Position numbers and translations under genes: made by a program. The notes beneath the pieces are model-generated. The model had not been told where the DNA came from, did no database searches, and saw only the letters and a list, made by a program, of their open reading frames with translations. A DNA stretch of 62,771 nt, the filler included, from Chrysochromulina tobinii (taxonomy: Eukaryota), in assembly GCA_001275005.1 (NCBI GenBank). It is 7 parts of 7 records of this genome, joined end to end, with 100 filler letters (N's around TTAATTAATTAA, not from the genome) between each part and the next. Parts side by side here need not be neighbours in the genome. Positions count along the whole stretch, not along the records: positions 4,682 to 21,987 come from JWZX01000986.1; positions 22,088 to 39,557 come from JWZX01000987.1; 5 more parts are not named here. The stretch is one strand, 5' to 3'. Below are positions 11,255 to 23,298 of the stretch, in pieces (position 1 is the stretch's first letter; each line of letters begins with the position of its first letter).

Positions 11255-12406
11255 ATGAAGCTCGAGGACAGCAAGGACATGGCGGAAATGGAGGACATCG
11301 TGGAGAGCGGCTACCGGATCATGATGAGCGACAAGCTCCGCGCGACCGACTCGTCCGGAGCGTCGTGCACATCCGAAGCTTTCGGAACGTCCGTCAAACC
11401 GTTCGAGGAGGGGTCCGAGGAGGCGCTCGAGGAGGCGCTCGACGCTGTGCCCAGCCTCGAGGAGTCGCTTGACGAGAAGTGCCCGCTGTACGCACTGGAG
11501 TCCTCCGCTCGCGTGGGCCCCGTGCTGCGCACAGCCGTCGAGGCGCTCACCGCCGACTCGGCCTACCTCGCCGATCTCGACGTGGTGCTTGACGATCCTT
11601 CAGACAGTTCCTCAGAGGGTGCAGATATAGACGGCTTCGTCCTCGCGATGGGGCTCCCGTCCAACGGCAATGAGCTCCTCGACTCCAAAGGGCTACGCTC
11701 CGTGGGCAGCGTCATTCCCAAGGGCGGCAGTAGCAGCGGTACCCACACGAGGTCACCCGCGCGCGACCACCTGAAGAAGGCGAAGCGGCCCCTCGCTTCC
11801 GACAGGTGGCTCGCCAAGGTCAGGCGAGAGCCGATGGCGAGCGCAGAGGACGCATCGGATAGCCAAACGCCGAAGCGCATCAGGAGCGGGAAGCCGATGG
11901 CCGATGGCAAGCCTATGGCCGAAGGAAACCCGATGGCCGATGGCGCCGCCGACGTGTCGGGCAAAACGTCCAAAAAGGAGCCCAAGCAGCCAAAGGCGCC
12001 TACGGCTGGCAACGGGCTGTCGTGGCAGCTCTCATGGCGGATGACGACTTTGGGGCCGCAGGGGCTTCAGCAGGCCCCCGGGGCACCGCCCGACGCGATG
12101 GCGGGGCGGGCACGAGCTCCGCCGACGCCGCCGCAGCAGCAGTCGCATCCGCAGCCGCACGAGCCGCAGCCGCAGCCGCAGCTGGCGCCGGGCGCCATTT
12201 CGGACGCCGTCTCGCCCCCCGCCACCCCGACCAAGAGTTTCTTTGCGCCGGGCCATGCGCCGACCGCCCCCGGCGCCAACGCGAAATCCGCGGGCAAGCC
12301 AGCCACCGCTCCTCGCGCCTTCTCGTGGCAGACCCTCAAGATCTTCTCCGCGGATGTGCCCAAGAGGGATATTTCATGTCCTCGCCCGATTCACGGCCCG
12401 ATTTGA
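11255..12406 (+). CDS. Hypothetical low-complexity protein (acidic N-terminus, Pro/Gln/Ala C-terminus)
   Basis: 383-aa ATG-initiated ORF with GC-rich third positions. Confidence 0.6.
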   Translation: MKLEDSKDMAEMEDIVESGYRIMMSDKLRATDSSGASCTSEAFGTSVKPFEEGSEEALEEALDAVPSLEESLDEKCPLYALESSARVGPVLRTAVEALTADSAYLADLDVVLDDPSDSSSEGADIDGFVLAMGLPSNGNELLDSKGLRSVGSVIPKGGSSSGTHTRSPARDHLKKAKRPLASDRWLAKVRREPMASAEDASDSQTPKRIRSGKPMADGKPMAEGNPMADGAADVSGKTSKKEPKQPKAPTAGNGLSWQLSWRMTTLGPQGLQQAPGAPPDAMAGRARAPPTPPQQQSHPQPHEPQPQPQLAPGAISDAVSPPATPTKSFFAPGHAPTAPGANAKSAGKPATAPRAFSWQTLKIFSADVPKRDISCPRPIHGPI

Positions 12407-13415
12407 GGGCGGGCCGGTGGGTGGCTGTATGTGCCGGGTGACTTACCGGGTGACGAGCACTGACGAATAACAAAACCATAACTCGGGATACTCGCGCGCC
12501 ACCGCCCGCGGCGCCCTCGCACGTAACGGCCTCTAAAGGTTTCGCTTGAAAAGTAAGTCGGCGTTTGACTGCCTTCAAGCGCCGCTGGTTGTGGATGGGC
12601 ATCGCGTAGACCGCTACCGGTACCGCGTACCGACTACCGTACGGTCCGCGCCAAAGACGACCGGACCGCGAGACTGTTCGCGGTCGGAGGATCTGATTGC
12701 AATCCAATCGAATACAGACAAGGTGACAACTTTGTCTCCGTTCAGATACGTTTTGTCTTTGTCTCACCGGTCCGTACCTAACGCGTCGGGCAATGGCGTC
12801 GGGGCTCGGGCATACGGGCAACAAAGGATGTAAGGATCAAATTAGATCGCGCACATCCGGCTGACAGTAGAACGCCCCCCCCTGCGTCCTGGCGTGTCGG
12901 TGTGGCGACCTGGGCGGGTTCGTTTGGAACCCCCACAAGACACAAGTAAGAGCCAATACGCGAAGCCCCGGATCCCGCACCGCTTAAATAACAGCCTACA
13001 CGGCCAGAGGGGTACTTCCGGGTTCGTCGAGCAGAGACTGCACCCACTTCCACACGCCCAAAGCTTCGAACCCTACCTACGCCTTACCTACGCCTCGTCG
13101 TGGGGGGTTCGGGGAGGATGTTTGGGGAGGTTTCCGTTGCGAGCCCAGACCTTCATCAATGCTTTGAATTGCGTGTCCACGTGCGTGGGTCTCGTCGCGA
13201 CCCGCCCCGCGATGCCGCGTACAAGACAGGGGGCCGGCCCCACTCTCGACCCCCCATGGGGGAGGGTGTGCGTGACGCCTAGCGTCATGGTGGTACTCGT
13301 CATGGCTGACCCTTCGTCGCTTACTTTCGAGGATTCAATCAACTTTTTTCCGTTTCATTTCCTATATCGAAAGATGGTTCATGTTGGGGCTGGGAAAATC
13401 GCCGGGACGGTCGGT

Positions 13416-14465
13416 ATGGCGAACATGCAGCTGGAACCGCCGCCATACCGGCCGCCCACCTTGCAAGAGCTCAAGTTGCGCTGGATCGATCGCCTTGAAG
13501 AGCGCATCAGGGGAAAGAGTCGCACGTGGGCAACCGCGCTCAAGGATTGCTGGATTGCAGTCGTCGGCGTGTTTGCGCCCGGCGTTACCACGACGCCGCC
13601 GGCGACACTGCTTCACTTCAAGCTCATGATTCAGCGCACCGGAAACTGCTTCGACCAAGTCGAGGGGATGCGGCTGTACCGGGCGTGGGCGTCCGCTGAT
13701 GGCACGCTCTCCTTTGAGACGGTGCTTGCCGACCTGCGAGGCGCGCTGCAGCCCGAAAGACCAATCTTCGCTCTGCACGCCATTCATGGAAGCTTCGACA
13801 CAAAGCCGGTCATCCCAGGGCTTTTTGGGAAGTCCAACATCGAGTCGCATGAGAACTCGCTCTCGTTCGAAAACATCAAGTGATCGGCACGAGTCTCGAA
13901 CGACACTGATGAGCCTGGCTGAGTCCACACCTGGCTGAGTCCAGCACCTTCACTCACCGTGTCTTGTACTGACGCGCCCATCGCTCAACTGCTCCCTGTG
14001 CCCAGGGCCGAGCAAGCAGCTCTCGAAGCGGCTGCGCGCTCTCCTCCGAAAGGTTCGCCCAAAAAAGGATTCGTGGCGGCCAATGTCCCGAGCGAGTCAC
14101 TCCCTAGGGCGGGGGTCGCTCAGGTGACCGGCGGCGTGATCAACAATGGGAGCAGCGTGCCCGGCGGCATCTTCGGCGAGGATTTCCACAGGCCGCAGCC
14201 CACCAGTTACAAGGGAGATCCGATCGAGCTGAAGCCACGCCCCGGAGAACGGGGCCGCAATGGACCCTCGATCGCGGGCGGCATCTTCCAGATGCAGGAG
14301 CTGGAGCAGCTGCCGGCTCGCGCTGTCCCGATGCCTATCTGGGGCCGCGGCTGGGGCGATGAGAGAGCGAACACCTCTGACTATGGCCAAAACAACTTTC
14401 CCAGGAAAGGCCTCGACGTGCTCAACGCCAAGCGAGTGCACGGCTTCGATCCGATGAAACATTAG
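13416..14465 (+). CDS. Spliced hypothetical protein with degenerate EF-hand-like region and repeated S(V/I)xGGIF motifs
   Basis: Exon 1 lies in ORF 12894-13883 and exon 2 in ORF 13959-14465; intron about 13880-14006 (boundaries approximate). Confidence 0.5.
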
Positions 14466-14874
14466 AGCCGGAATAACAAGAGCTCGTCGAGGACGAGGTC
14501 TCGGCACCCGCAAATCGCATTGTGGAGTCGGGACGGGTTCGCGCTCTTAATCGGTGTTTCCAGAAAAACTCGCCACATCTACACGCTACCGGGAACCGGC
14601 ACAGCTATACCAATTACCATGTGCCGAACACGACATCGAAATATCGAATCGTGAAAAGAGGCGGGGATCGCGGGGGATGTGACCCGGAGGGTACCGGCCG
14701 CGCGTATACCGTATAGTCGTCGCTCGCCGTACCGTCTTTCAGCGCGCGCGCAACGGCACGCAGGCCCCACCCGGCCCGCTCTGGCGTGGAGACGGGAGAG
14801 CCGGTAGCGGGTAGGCTTGCGCGGGATAGGTATAGGCGCACACGACTTCCGAACCTTTCGACATGCCGGATGTT

Positions 14875-16223
14875 TCAGCGCTGGTCCAACTTCCCCTTAG
14901 GTGTCGTTCTGTCTCGCGCGCGTGCTACCTCGCCATTCGCAGTGAGGCTGTACTTGTCCGCATCATGCCACCGCCACCAAAGGGGCGTAGGTTGGTTCTT
15001 CTGCTCGCGACTCAGCGTTTGTCGCACGTCGGCGCGCAGCAACTCGACCGAGATCCCCTCACCATAGGTCGACCACGCATTCTTACCTCGCGTGTTCGAC
15101 TCGCCGTGGCATGCCACGTGGTCGAAAATGGTCGCACGCGTCGAGTGGCCGGCGCACATGGCGCGAAAGACGTCGAGGCGCAGTGAGCCCTCGGGCGGCG
15201 GCTCGGCCTCCGCAGACCACTGCTCCTCGTCCTTGACGTCCTCCTCCTCCTTCGCATACTTCTCGTCTTTCTCGTCCTTCTCTTCGTACGCCTTTTCCTC
15301 CTCCTCAGCCTCCTCCGCCTCGTCGTCGAGCCGCTGTACGAATTGTGCTTGCACGCCCTGCTCGACCACCTTGTCGTCGTACTCGACGTCGTACGTGACG
15401 CCGCCTGCGCCCACCGCCACGATCGTGCCGCGCCACCACTTATTCGCGCCTGCCTTCTTGCGCCGTACTCCTTTGGGCTGTGAGGCCAAGAATCGCGCGA
15501 GAACGCGCGTGCCCAGGCCTAGCACGGGCGCAGCCTCGGCGACGGCCGGGGCAGCAGCCTCGCCACAGACGGAAGCCGCTCCTTCACGGGACGATGGATT
15601 CCTGCTGGCCTTCGACGGTGTGGGTTTCCTGCTGGTCTTCGACGGTTTGGTCGGCAGCTCACTCTCGCCGCCTCCGCCTCTGCAGCCGCCATCGCCATCG
15701 CCGCGGCCACCGCCGCCGCCGCCACCACCACCGCTGCTGCCCAAACCATCACCACCACCGCCGCTGCTGCCATCCCCGCCGCTGCTACCACCACCACCAA
15801 CGCCGCCGCCGTCGCCACTGCCACCGCCGCCGCCGCCGCCGCCTCCAGCTAGCAGCTCGACGTGTACCTCCTCCAAATCATGCACGAACTTGCCACCCTC
15901 ACCTCCACACGGCTGGACTAGGTCGTAGGTGACTTCGAAGCTGCGGGTGAGCCATCCGGGGGCACGCTTGCGCCGCGGCAGCATGGGTGGGCCCAAAGCC
16001 GTGACCGTACCGTACTGGAAACGCTCCAGATGACCTGCCATCGCCTTGGTCCACCACACGCGCACGCGCGCGCCCTCGGTGAGCTCTTGGACCCCAAGAT
16101 TGAAAATGTGAGGGGCGTATGTGGCCGCGAGGTCTGATGCCAGTGCTGCCCCAGGCGGCGGTTGGGCCGGGGGCGCATGCACCGCCGCCTCTAGCGGCTG
16201 GTCGGCCTCCTCCTCTTGCTTGA

Positions 16224-16263
<40 letters not shown>

Positions 16264-16557
16264 GTGCCCATGCTTGGGCTTCTTGCGAGGATCGTTTGTG
16301 GGTGGCATCCGCTCGGGCAGCTTTGACCTCCGCCGCATGGTTCCCCAAGCTTCCGTCGTCCCCCACGCATCCGTCGTCGCCCACCATGCAGCGTCGCCGC
16401 CTTCGAGTTGGGCCGCCGCCGCCGCCGTATCAGCCGCCGATACGGCAGCCTGCTGCGGCCTGCAGCCCTCGTCGACTGCAGCCATCGTCCGTCCTGCCTC
16501 TTGCGCATTGGTCGCGGCCGCTACTTGGGCGCGGAGGTTGTAATCAATCATGTCCAT
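14875..16557 (-). CDS. Two Tudor/Agenet-like domains, polyQ and polyG tracts, possible C-terminal winged helix
   Basis: GARVRVWW..YGTVT..FEVTYD and GTRVLARF..WWRGTIVAV..TYDVEYDD; CAG tract at about 16223-16261. Confidence 0.65.
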
Positions 16558-16964
16558 TTTGAGAGTTCGAAGGAGAAGAGCTTGACGGCCCCTGTTCCAA
16601 AATCGGAACGACCTCGGCTCTGAATCTTTGTTGCAAATTCTTCGTGGGGAAAGACGCGGTGTGAAGAGGCGCCGTGATCGGTGGACTCAAGTGATATAAC
16701 GTGCAGATGGCTTTTTCCTGTGTAGTGATACACGCGTTCACACGGCTACTTGACACACCACAACACTCAATACTGTGGTGATTACACTGTACGTCATCGT
16801 CAAGGAGCAGCCCCGTGCTACTGTTGAACAATATGGAGTCCATGGCGGCGTCCCCGCGCCTCCTCTCCTTGCTCCCCCCCCATGCAGCACGTCTACGGCA
16901 CGTTTCACTTCCTACCGGCAGTGGCTCAGTGCGGTGCCACAAGTGTTTGCAACAAAGAGATGGC

Positions 16965-17018
16965 CGGATCCAACACGTAACGGTCGGATCCAACACGTAA
17001 CGGTCGGATCCAACACGT
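16965..17018. repeat. 20-bp tandem repeat CGGATCCAACACGTAACGGT, about 2.7 copies
   Basis: Seen directly; no spacers. Confidence 0.85.
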
Positions 17019-17135
17019 GTGGAAAGCGCGCATCTGTATCCGCTCCGGCCATACGCATGCCAGGCACCTGCCCGGCAGCGCCCTGAAGCAGCAGCACACA
17101 AGAGAAAGGCTCGTAACGGCTCGCTGACGGCTCGC

Positions 17136-18987
17136 TCAGCTGAGCCGCACGAGTCGCATGAACGAGTCACCGACGGGCTCTCCATCCTCAGCAAGGGCCG
17201 CCGCGCTCGCCAGCAGCACGAGCGCCGTCCCGAGCACGCACGCAATCCCCATCGCGAGATAGCTGCTCCCTCCGCCACCTCGGCGCCGCTCCTTCTCCTT
17301 GCCGTAGTAGTCTTGACGAAACCCATTCTCATCCGCGTCGCGGCTGTCGAAGCCGAGCTCCATCGCACGCTCGTAGTCGCGGCCGCGGTTGGGGCCGCCG
17401 CGCCGGCGCATCTCGTTGGGTCCGACCGACGCGAGCTCAGCGTCGGTCGGTGGGCGCGGCGGTGGCGGCGGCTTCCTATTTTGGGTTGAGGGCGCGACCG
17501 GTTTCGTCAGATCGGGTTCGTCATGCGGCGCGAGGTACTGGCGCACGTCCCACACCATGCGCTTCCGGTCCTCATATGGCGCCCGATCAAAGTCCGGATT
17601 CACTTCGGCGGCCTCTTCAGGTGGCACGTTGCTCATCAGCTGCGCCCACTCCCTCTCCAACTGCCGTTCGGAGGGGGTCCACGCGTCGAACTGAGCTTGG
17701 TCCTCAGGAGACAGCATCGACCCCTCCTCCTCCTCGCCCTCCTCGCCCCCGCCTAGGAGGTACGAGCGTACGTCGACGAGGATGCCCCACTGCTCCTCGG
17801 GCGCCTTGCCCCTCAGCTCGCCCTCGAGCCTGCTCGAGAGGTTCTCAGGCGTCATCAGTCAGTGGTAGTCAGTGGTAGTCAGTGGTAGTCAGTGGTAATC
17901 AGGGGCACTCAGGGGCACTCAGCGGCACCGGATGAGGTCCTCCTCGACGCACAACGACTGGACCTGCTGAAGCAGCTGCCGCAGCGCGTCCGGGCCCAGG
18001 TAATTGCCGGGGTCGAGGTCGTCTGCGCCGTTCTGAGCATCGCCCTCCTCCTCCTCCTCGCCCTCCTCCGTAGCCTCCTGCGGGTTGCGAAGGTACTCGA
18101 GTACATCTACCAGCACGCGCCCTCGCTCTTGCACGTCACGACCAGCCAACTCGGCATCGAGCTCCGCGTACCTGATGAAGGAGACCATCAGGGGCCATCA
18201 GTGGCAATCGATGGCAATCGGGGCGACATGGCGTACCTGATGAGCGAGGCCATCCGGCATGCACTCAGCGACGCACTCCGCAGGGCACTCAAGATTCGTC
18301 AAGATTCGCAGCCAGATTCGAGCTCCCGAGCTCTGCGTACTGTCCCTCGAGGTCCTCGCCATCAACGGTCTCACTGAGTGCCTGGCGCGCGTCGTCGTAC
18401 AGCTGCTGCACCTCCTCCTCCGTGAACGGCTCCTCCTCCTCGACAGCCTCGCGCAAGTCGTCTGGGTGCGGCAGCTCCTCGATGGCAGCGTCGTCGAGCT
18501 CCGCCGCACCCGCCGCGCTCATCGACTCGTCCTCGGAGATGAGTGCGGCCGCTCGCGGTGTGCGCGCCTGCGACGGCGGGTCAAAGGGCAGCGACTCGAG
18601 CGACTCGCCCACTGCCTTGCGCGTGCTGTTCGCCCAGCTGCGCACGGCCTCCCTGACCTTTTCGGCGGCAGCCTCCTTGACGCTGTCGGCAGCGCTGCCC
18701 TCGGCGACGTCCAGGTCGACCTCGAGGTCGTCGAGCATCTCCAGGCTCAGATCTGGCAGGTGCACGCTTCCTTTGACCAGCGCGCCGTTGACCGTGCCCG
18801 AGAAGGGCACCACAACCTCGAGCGAGTAGATGGGGTAGGACTTGCCCTTCCGGTCTCCGATGGATACCTCACCAGACACCCAGCTCGAGAGGTTATCCTC
18901 GACGAATAGCCCACTGCCGAGGTTGAGCCCCCTCAGCTTTTCCTTAAGCGCCGAGGTCGCGTAGCCAGTGATCGTGCGCTCTCCCAT
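17136..18987 (-). CDS. Aha1 N-terminal-like domain protein with acidic repeats and C-terminal TM; spliced
   Basis: ERTITGYATSALKEKL..VSGEVSIGDRKGKSYPIYSLEVVVPFSG..KGSVHLPDLS resembles Aha1_N. Introns 18172-18340 and about 17856-17925. Confidence 0.65.
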
Positions 18988-19632
18988 CGCGATTCACCGC
19001 CAATCGGAATCGGGTTGCGTCCGAGCAACTGTGAAACACAACTTTGCGTCGTGTGATCAAATCGGCGTTTTTTTTCGATGACGGTTGACGGGAGCTGTCG
19101 GCGAATATGCAAGCCCAGCGCTCGTCCGTTCCCGCTCGAACGGCCAACCGCACCACGAACCTACGCCAAGCGCGACTCATTTTTGGCGCGAACTCTCAAC
19201 TCATCACCGAAGAGATGAGTGTGGACCACGTCCGCGACCGTTTACGGGTGACGCTTCCATCCAGCCTTTGCCCATCTGAGGGGAGCCCACCGGCCGATGC
19301 TGTAGTCGTCGCCGTGCTTGGATCTCAACGGCATCGGATGTGGGTGCTCAAGCCGCAGTGTAACGCGGCAGCAGGGGCGAGACGTGTCGGAGAGCCCGAG
19401 CGAGCGGTGTATGACAAAAGCCGGCAAAACTGCTCGTGGGGCGTCCAGTGTCAAATGAAGAAGCTTAAGTAGCCACTGCTCCTAGCACCCAGGTACACCT
19501 CGCTCAGCACTACTCACCTCGCCAACACATCACAACCCATCACAACCGCCGACCCCACTGTGGTCGGTGCCGTGCACAAAGGGCAGGCTCATACTTCCCG
19601 TCTGCCGCCGCCACCATTTGGCGCGCGTGCGC

Positions 19633-21146
19633 TTAGTAGGGCGTGGTGGTGAGGGCCGAGAGGGGCGTGTCCGTGTACGCGATCTTGTACACGGTCGTGA
19701 AAAAGGGGAACTCATGCTCAAGGCCCTTCATCTTGAGGATGTGGTTGACCTCCTTGGCCGTGAGAGTTCCCTGCAGCTTCTGGCCGCCGAGCAGCTCAGC
19801 CTCGATCTGGTCGAGCGACTTGGTCTTGCCGTGCTTGGCGAAGGCCTCGGCGCACTTGCGGTTGCGACCGCCGTAGCACGTGGTGATCAGGTCCGCCACA
19901 CCGCACGACTCCAGGAAGGTGTCGTCGCTGATGCCGGCCGTGGGGTAGAACATTTTGCAGAACTTGACCTGCCGAGCGTTGTGCCGAGCGCGAGAGGGGA
20001 CACGCGCAACTCGCTTCGTCAGCACACAAGGGAGAGGGGTAGAAGAAGGAGGAGCCGAGAAAGGGGAGGCCGACGCGCTCCTGCCTTGCATGCAGACGCT
20101 CACCACGGCGCCCCGCTCCCCACAGCAAGTGCCAAAGGGGATGCAGCGAGCAGGGGATGCAGCGAGCAGGGAAGGCAGAGAGCAGGGGAGGCAGCGAGAA
20201 GGGAGGCAGACAACAGGGGATGCAGAGAGCAGGGGAGGCAGACAACAGGCTGCCGAGAGCGTTCGAGCGCCGCCTCGGTCACCATCTCCTTGAGGCCGAT
20301 GCGGATGATGGCGGCCTTGGTGTTGCCGCCCATGCCGAGGCCGTCAACGAAGCCCGCGCCGATGGCCACAATGTTCTTGAGCGCGCCGCACAGCTCGACC
20401 CCCACCGTGTCCTGAACGGTACCGACCTTGAGCGAGAAGTCATCATAGGCAAGCTTGAACAGCTCGCCGTTCTTCTGGTCACGGTAGCCGATCGTAGTCT
20501 CGCAGAAGGCGTCGGAGGCCATGTCGTTGGCCACGTTCGCACCCATGAGCACCGAGCAGTCCGCGTTCAGCTCCTTGCGCAGGATGTCCGAAATGAGCAC
20601 GATGCCGTTCTCGTCAAAGTCGATGCCCTTGATGGCCGAGAGCACCTTGACACCCGGCGCCGCCGCCGCCTTGATCTTAGGCATCATGGGCTTGAGGAAC
20701 TGGTGGGGAAGGCAGAAGCAAATCATGGTGGCGCCCTTGGTCGCGCTCTCGAGGTTGGGGTCGGCGATCACGTTCTTCGTGAACTTGGCGCCCTTGAGGT
20801 ACTTGACGTTCTCGTTCGTCTCGTTGATGATCTGGGTGAGCGGCTTGCCGTCGATCATCTCCTCGTGCACGTACATGCGCACCTCGTTATCGAACACGTC
20901 GTGACGCAGCGCGTTGCGGCCGAGGATGCGCACGAGCGCCGAGCCGAAGTTGCCTGCGACACGCGATCCACCCCTCCACGTGAGTTGAGTGAGCTGACGC
21001 TAAGTGTCGGCCCCGCCGCCTGCGGCCGCTCCGCTTTTAATGTGACGAGCGCACGCACCCGAACCGACCATGCAGATCTTCTCCTTTTTGGTGCTGTACG
21101 CGCGGCTGAGCGCGCGCTGCTGGACCTTCGCCATTCGAGAGAGCAT
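19633..21146 (-). CDS. GPD1: Glycerol-3-phosphate dehydrogenase (NAD+), 3 exons, basic N-terminal presequence
   Basis: [73 protein letters not shown]. Introns about 20955-21058 and 19970-20282. Confidence 0.95.
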
Positions 21147-21354
21147 GATAAGCTTCGACGAAGTGACCTCGCTTGTCGGTGATCTCGCGAATCCTCGAGC
21201 CAGTTCCTCGAGCCATCTTTGGTGTGTCACTGCAACAAGTCGTCTGCAGATGGCGAGTTAGAAAAGGGTGAGGGTCAAGGGTATGGTGCTGTTTGGGTGG
21301 GTGGTGGACCGTCTTTGAGTCTTGAGTGGTGGGTCCTGGTGGACCCGTCTTGGA

Positions 21355-21770
21355 GTCAAGTCAAGTCAAGTCATGTCGAGTACATTGTACTTAGAAAATT
21401 TGCACTCCACACACACTATGCAAGTGCGTATTTTGAACGGGCAGTAACAGTGTCGTAGCACCCGGTTGTCTCGTGCGTCGCGAACGTTCACAAGTTCAAG
21501 TTCAAGTTACTACATAAACAACAGACAACCTAACGGAAGCCTATCGAATGTGCTCTCGAGGCTGAACTTGAACTTGATCTTGAACTACGTTCACACCCCG
21601 CAACGGCAGCACACATCTGAGCGGGCAGTAACAGTGCCGTAGTCGGAGCGCACGGCGAGGCGCACCGGATGCCACGCGGTGTGACGTGAGAACGGCGGAC
21701 AGCCCTTGTTGTTTGACCTTTTCCGCTAAACGATGTGTGTATTCTGAGCGGGCAGTAACAGTGCCGTAGG
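21355..21770. repeat. Cluster of short direct and inverted repeats (possible transposon relic)
   Basis: CGGGCAGTAACAGTG(T/C)CGTAG three times (about 21438, 21622, 21749); (TTCAAG)n facing its complement (CTTGAA)n at about 21490-21585. Confidence 0.6.
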
Positions 21771-21987
21771 TCACGGGGTGGTGCATAGTGGTGGCGGAGC
21801 TTTGAGAATGGTATTCAGGGGGTGATTGGTTTTCAGTGTGACGACGGGCGTGTTAACGTGTTCACAAGTAAGAAGAGCTATCTACTCTAACTGCACTATC
21901 GGTACTGCGGGAGAACGTTACTATAGGACGGTAGGTCCCTCACAGTACCACAGTTATACTCACGGTTTGCTACTGGAAGCCGTCTAC

Positions 21988-22087
21988 NNNNNNNNNNNNN
22001 NNNNNNNNNNNNNNNNNNNNNNNNNNNNNNNTTAATTAATTAANNNNNNNNNNNNNNNNNNNNNNNNNNNNNNNNNNNNNNNNNNNN
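21988..22087. other. Artificial contig linker
   Basis: N/TTAATTAATTAA/N, 100 bp. Confidence 0.99.
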
Positions 22088-22729
22088 CGTATCGAGGGTC
22101 GAGTACGAAAGCGCCACCGCTCCGGCAAACTTGCTCTCCAAGTTCTTGCTCGTCGCCGCACCCACACTCTGCAGCGTACGCACCTCGTTCCAAACCATAT
22201 CAACCACGGTGGCCAGAAAGGCCCTCGTGCCGAGGAGCTGGGCGACCTGCTCGCGCGATTTCAGGCCCTTGACGAACTCCAAGGCAGCGCCGGGATCGCT
22301 GGCCCGCTGCTCAGCTGCCAGCGGGGCTAGCAGCGCAACCGCGACCGCGCGATGCACGCCCACGCCCTTGATCCACTCGACGATGCGCCACTCCTCCGTC
22401 TGGCTCCCGTCCTCGTCCGCAAGGAGCTCGAGAGTGACGTCCTCGGCTTCAACTCCTCGAGCTGGTGATGCTGCGTCTGCCTGTTGTGTTGCTGCGGGCG
22501 GCGGCGATGGAGGCGTCGCAGCACCTTGCAGTTTTGCCACCGTTGCGGCGAACGCCTGGGCTGCCTCGAGCTGCGCCTTGAGCTGCGTGACAGTGTCATT
22601 GGCCAGTCGTCTCGCGTCCTCGACTGCGTCCTCCTTCAGTAGTCTGATCTCACTGACAGCGAAGCTGAAGTGAGCCCCGCCCTCTGCCAGCTTCTGCTCC
22701 ACCTGTCGCACCCTGGCCGCTGTCGACAT
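22088..22729 (-). CDS. N-terminal part of a hypothetical protein (coiled coil plus helical domain), truncated
   Basis: ATG at 22729, open to the contig end, ending ESKFAGAVALSYSTLDT. Confidence 0.6.
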
Positions 22730-23298
22730 TTCCCACGATCGTAAGTCGCGGCCACCGTGGTAAGCGCGGTCCGCTCGCTTTTCCCACAGAACACTGAAAC
22801 ACCAATTCAGTCACACAAACACGTATGAACGAACTCGCGCACTCTCATCTTCTCATGCTCGCGAGACTCGAGTCTGCTGAGCCGTGCAGCGTGCACGAAT
22901 TGCCAATCGTTGTGTAATTCGTTGTATTGAGCCGGCCCGCCATCCGGATCCGGTTTCGTTTACCAACCCACCGCCCCTCCATACGCTTTGGATTTGGGCA
23001 TCGCATCTGTGTTTCGTAGGGTGGAACACGGTGGCCGGTATAGAGCGGTTTGTTTGGTTGTGTGACCCCGGTAGGCATGATGAGTCTGTGTAAGTCTCGT
23101 GTGGGCCGGTTCAGAACAGTCGAGTGCGTCGATTCCTACGCCTCCGCTACTAGTCTACCAGGCCCGTAGTACGCGTACCAGGCCCGCTACTCGACTTGGA
23201 CTACGCCCGTTGTGCGATGGCAGGTAAGCCGGAACCGTTACTCAGGAGACCGGCGGCGGCGGCGCAATACGACTTCCGTGTGCAGCCCCCCAGCACTC

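Noticed and set aside
16965..17018. Possible CRISPR array
   Set aside because: Head-to-tail minisatellite without spacers.
21438..21769. CRISPR-like spaced repeats
   Set aside because: Only three copies, long unequal gaps, no cas genes, eukaryotic context.
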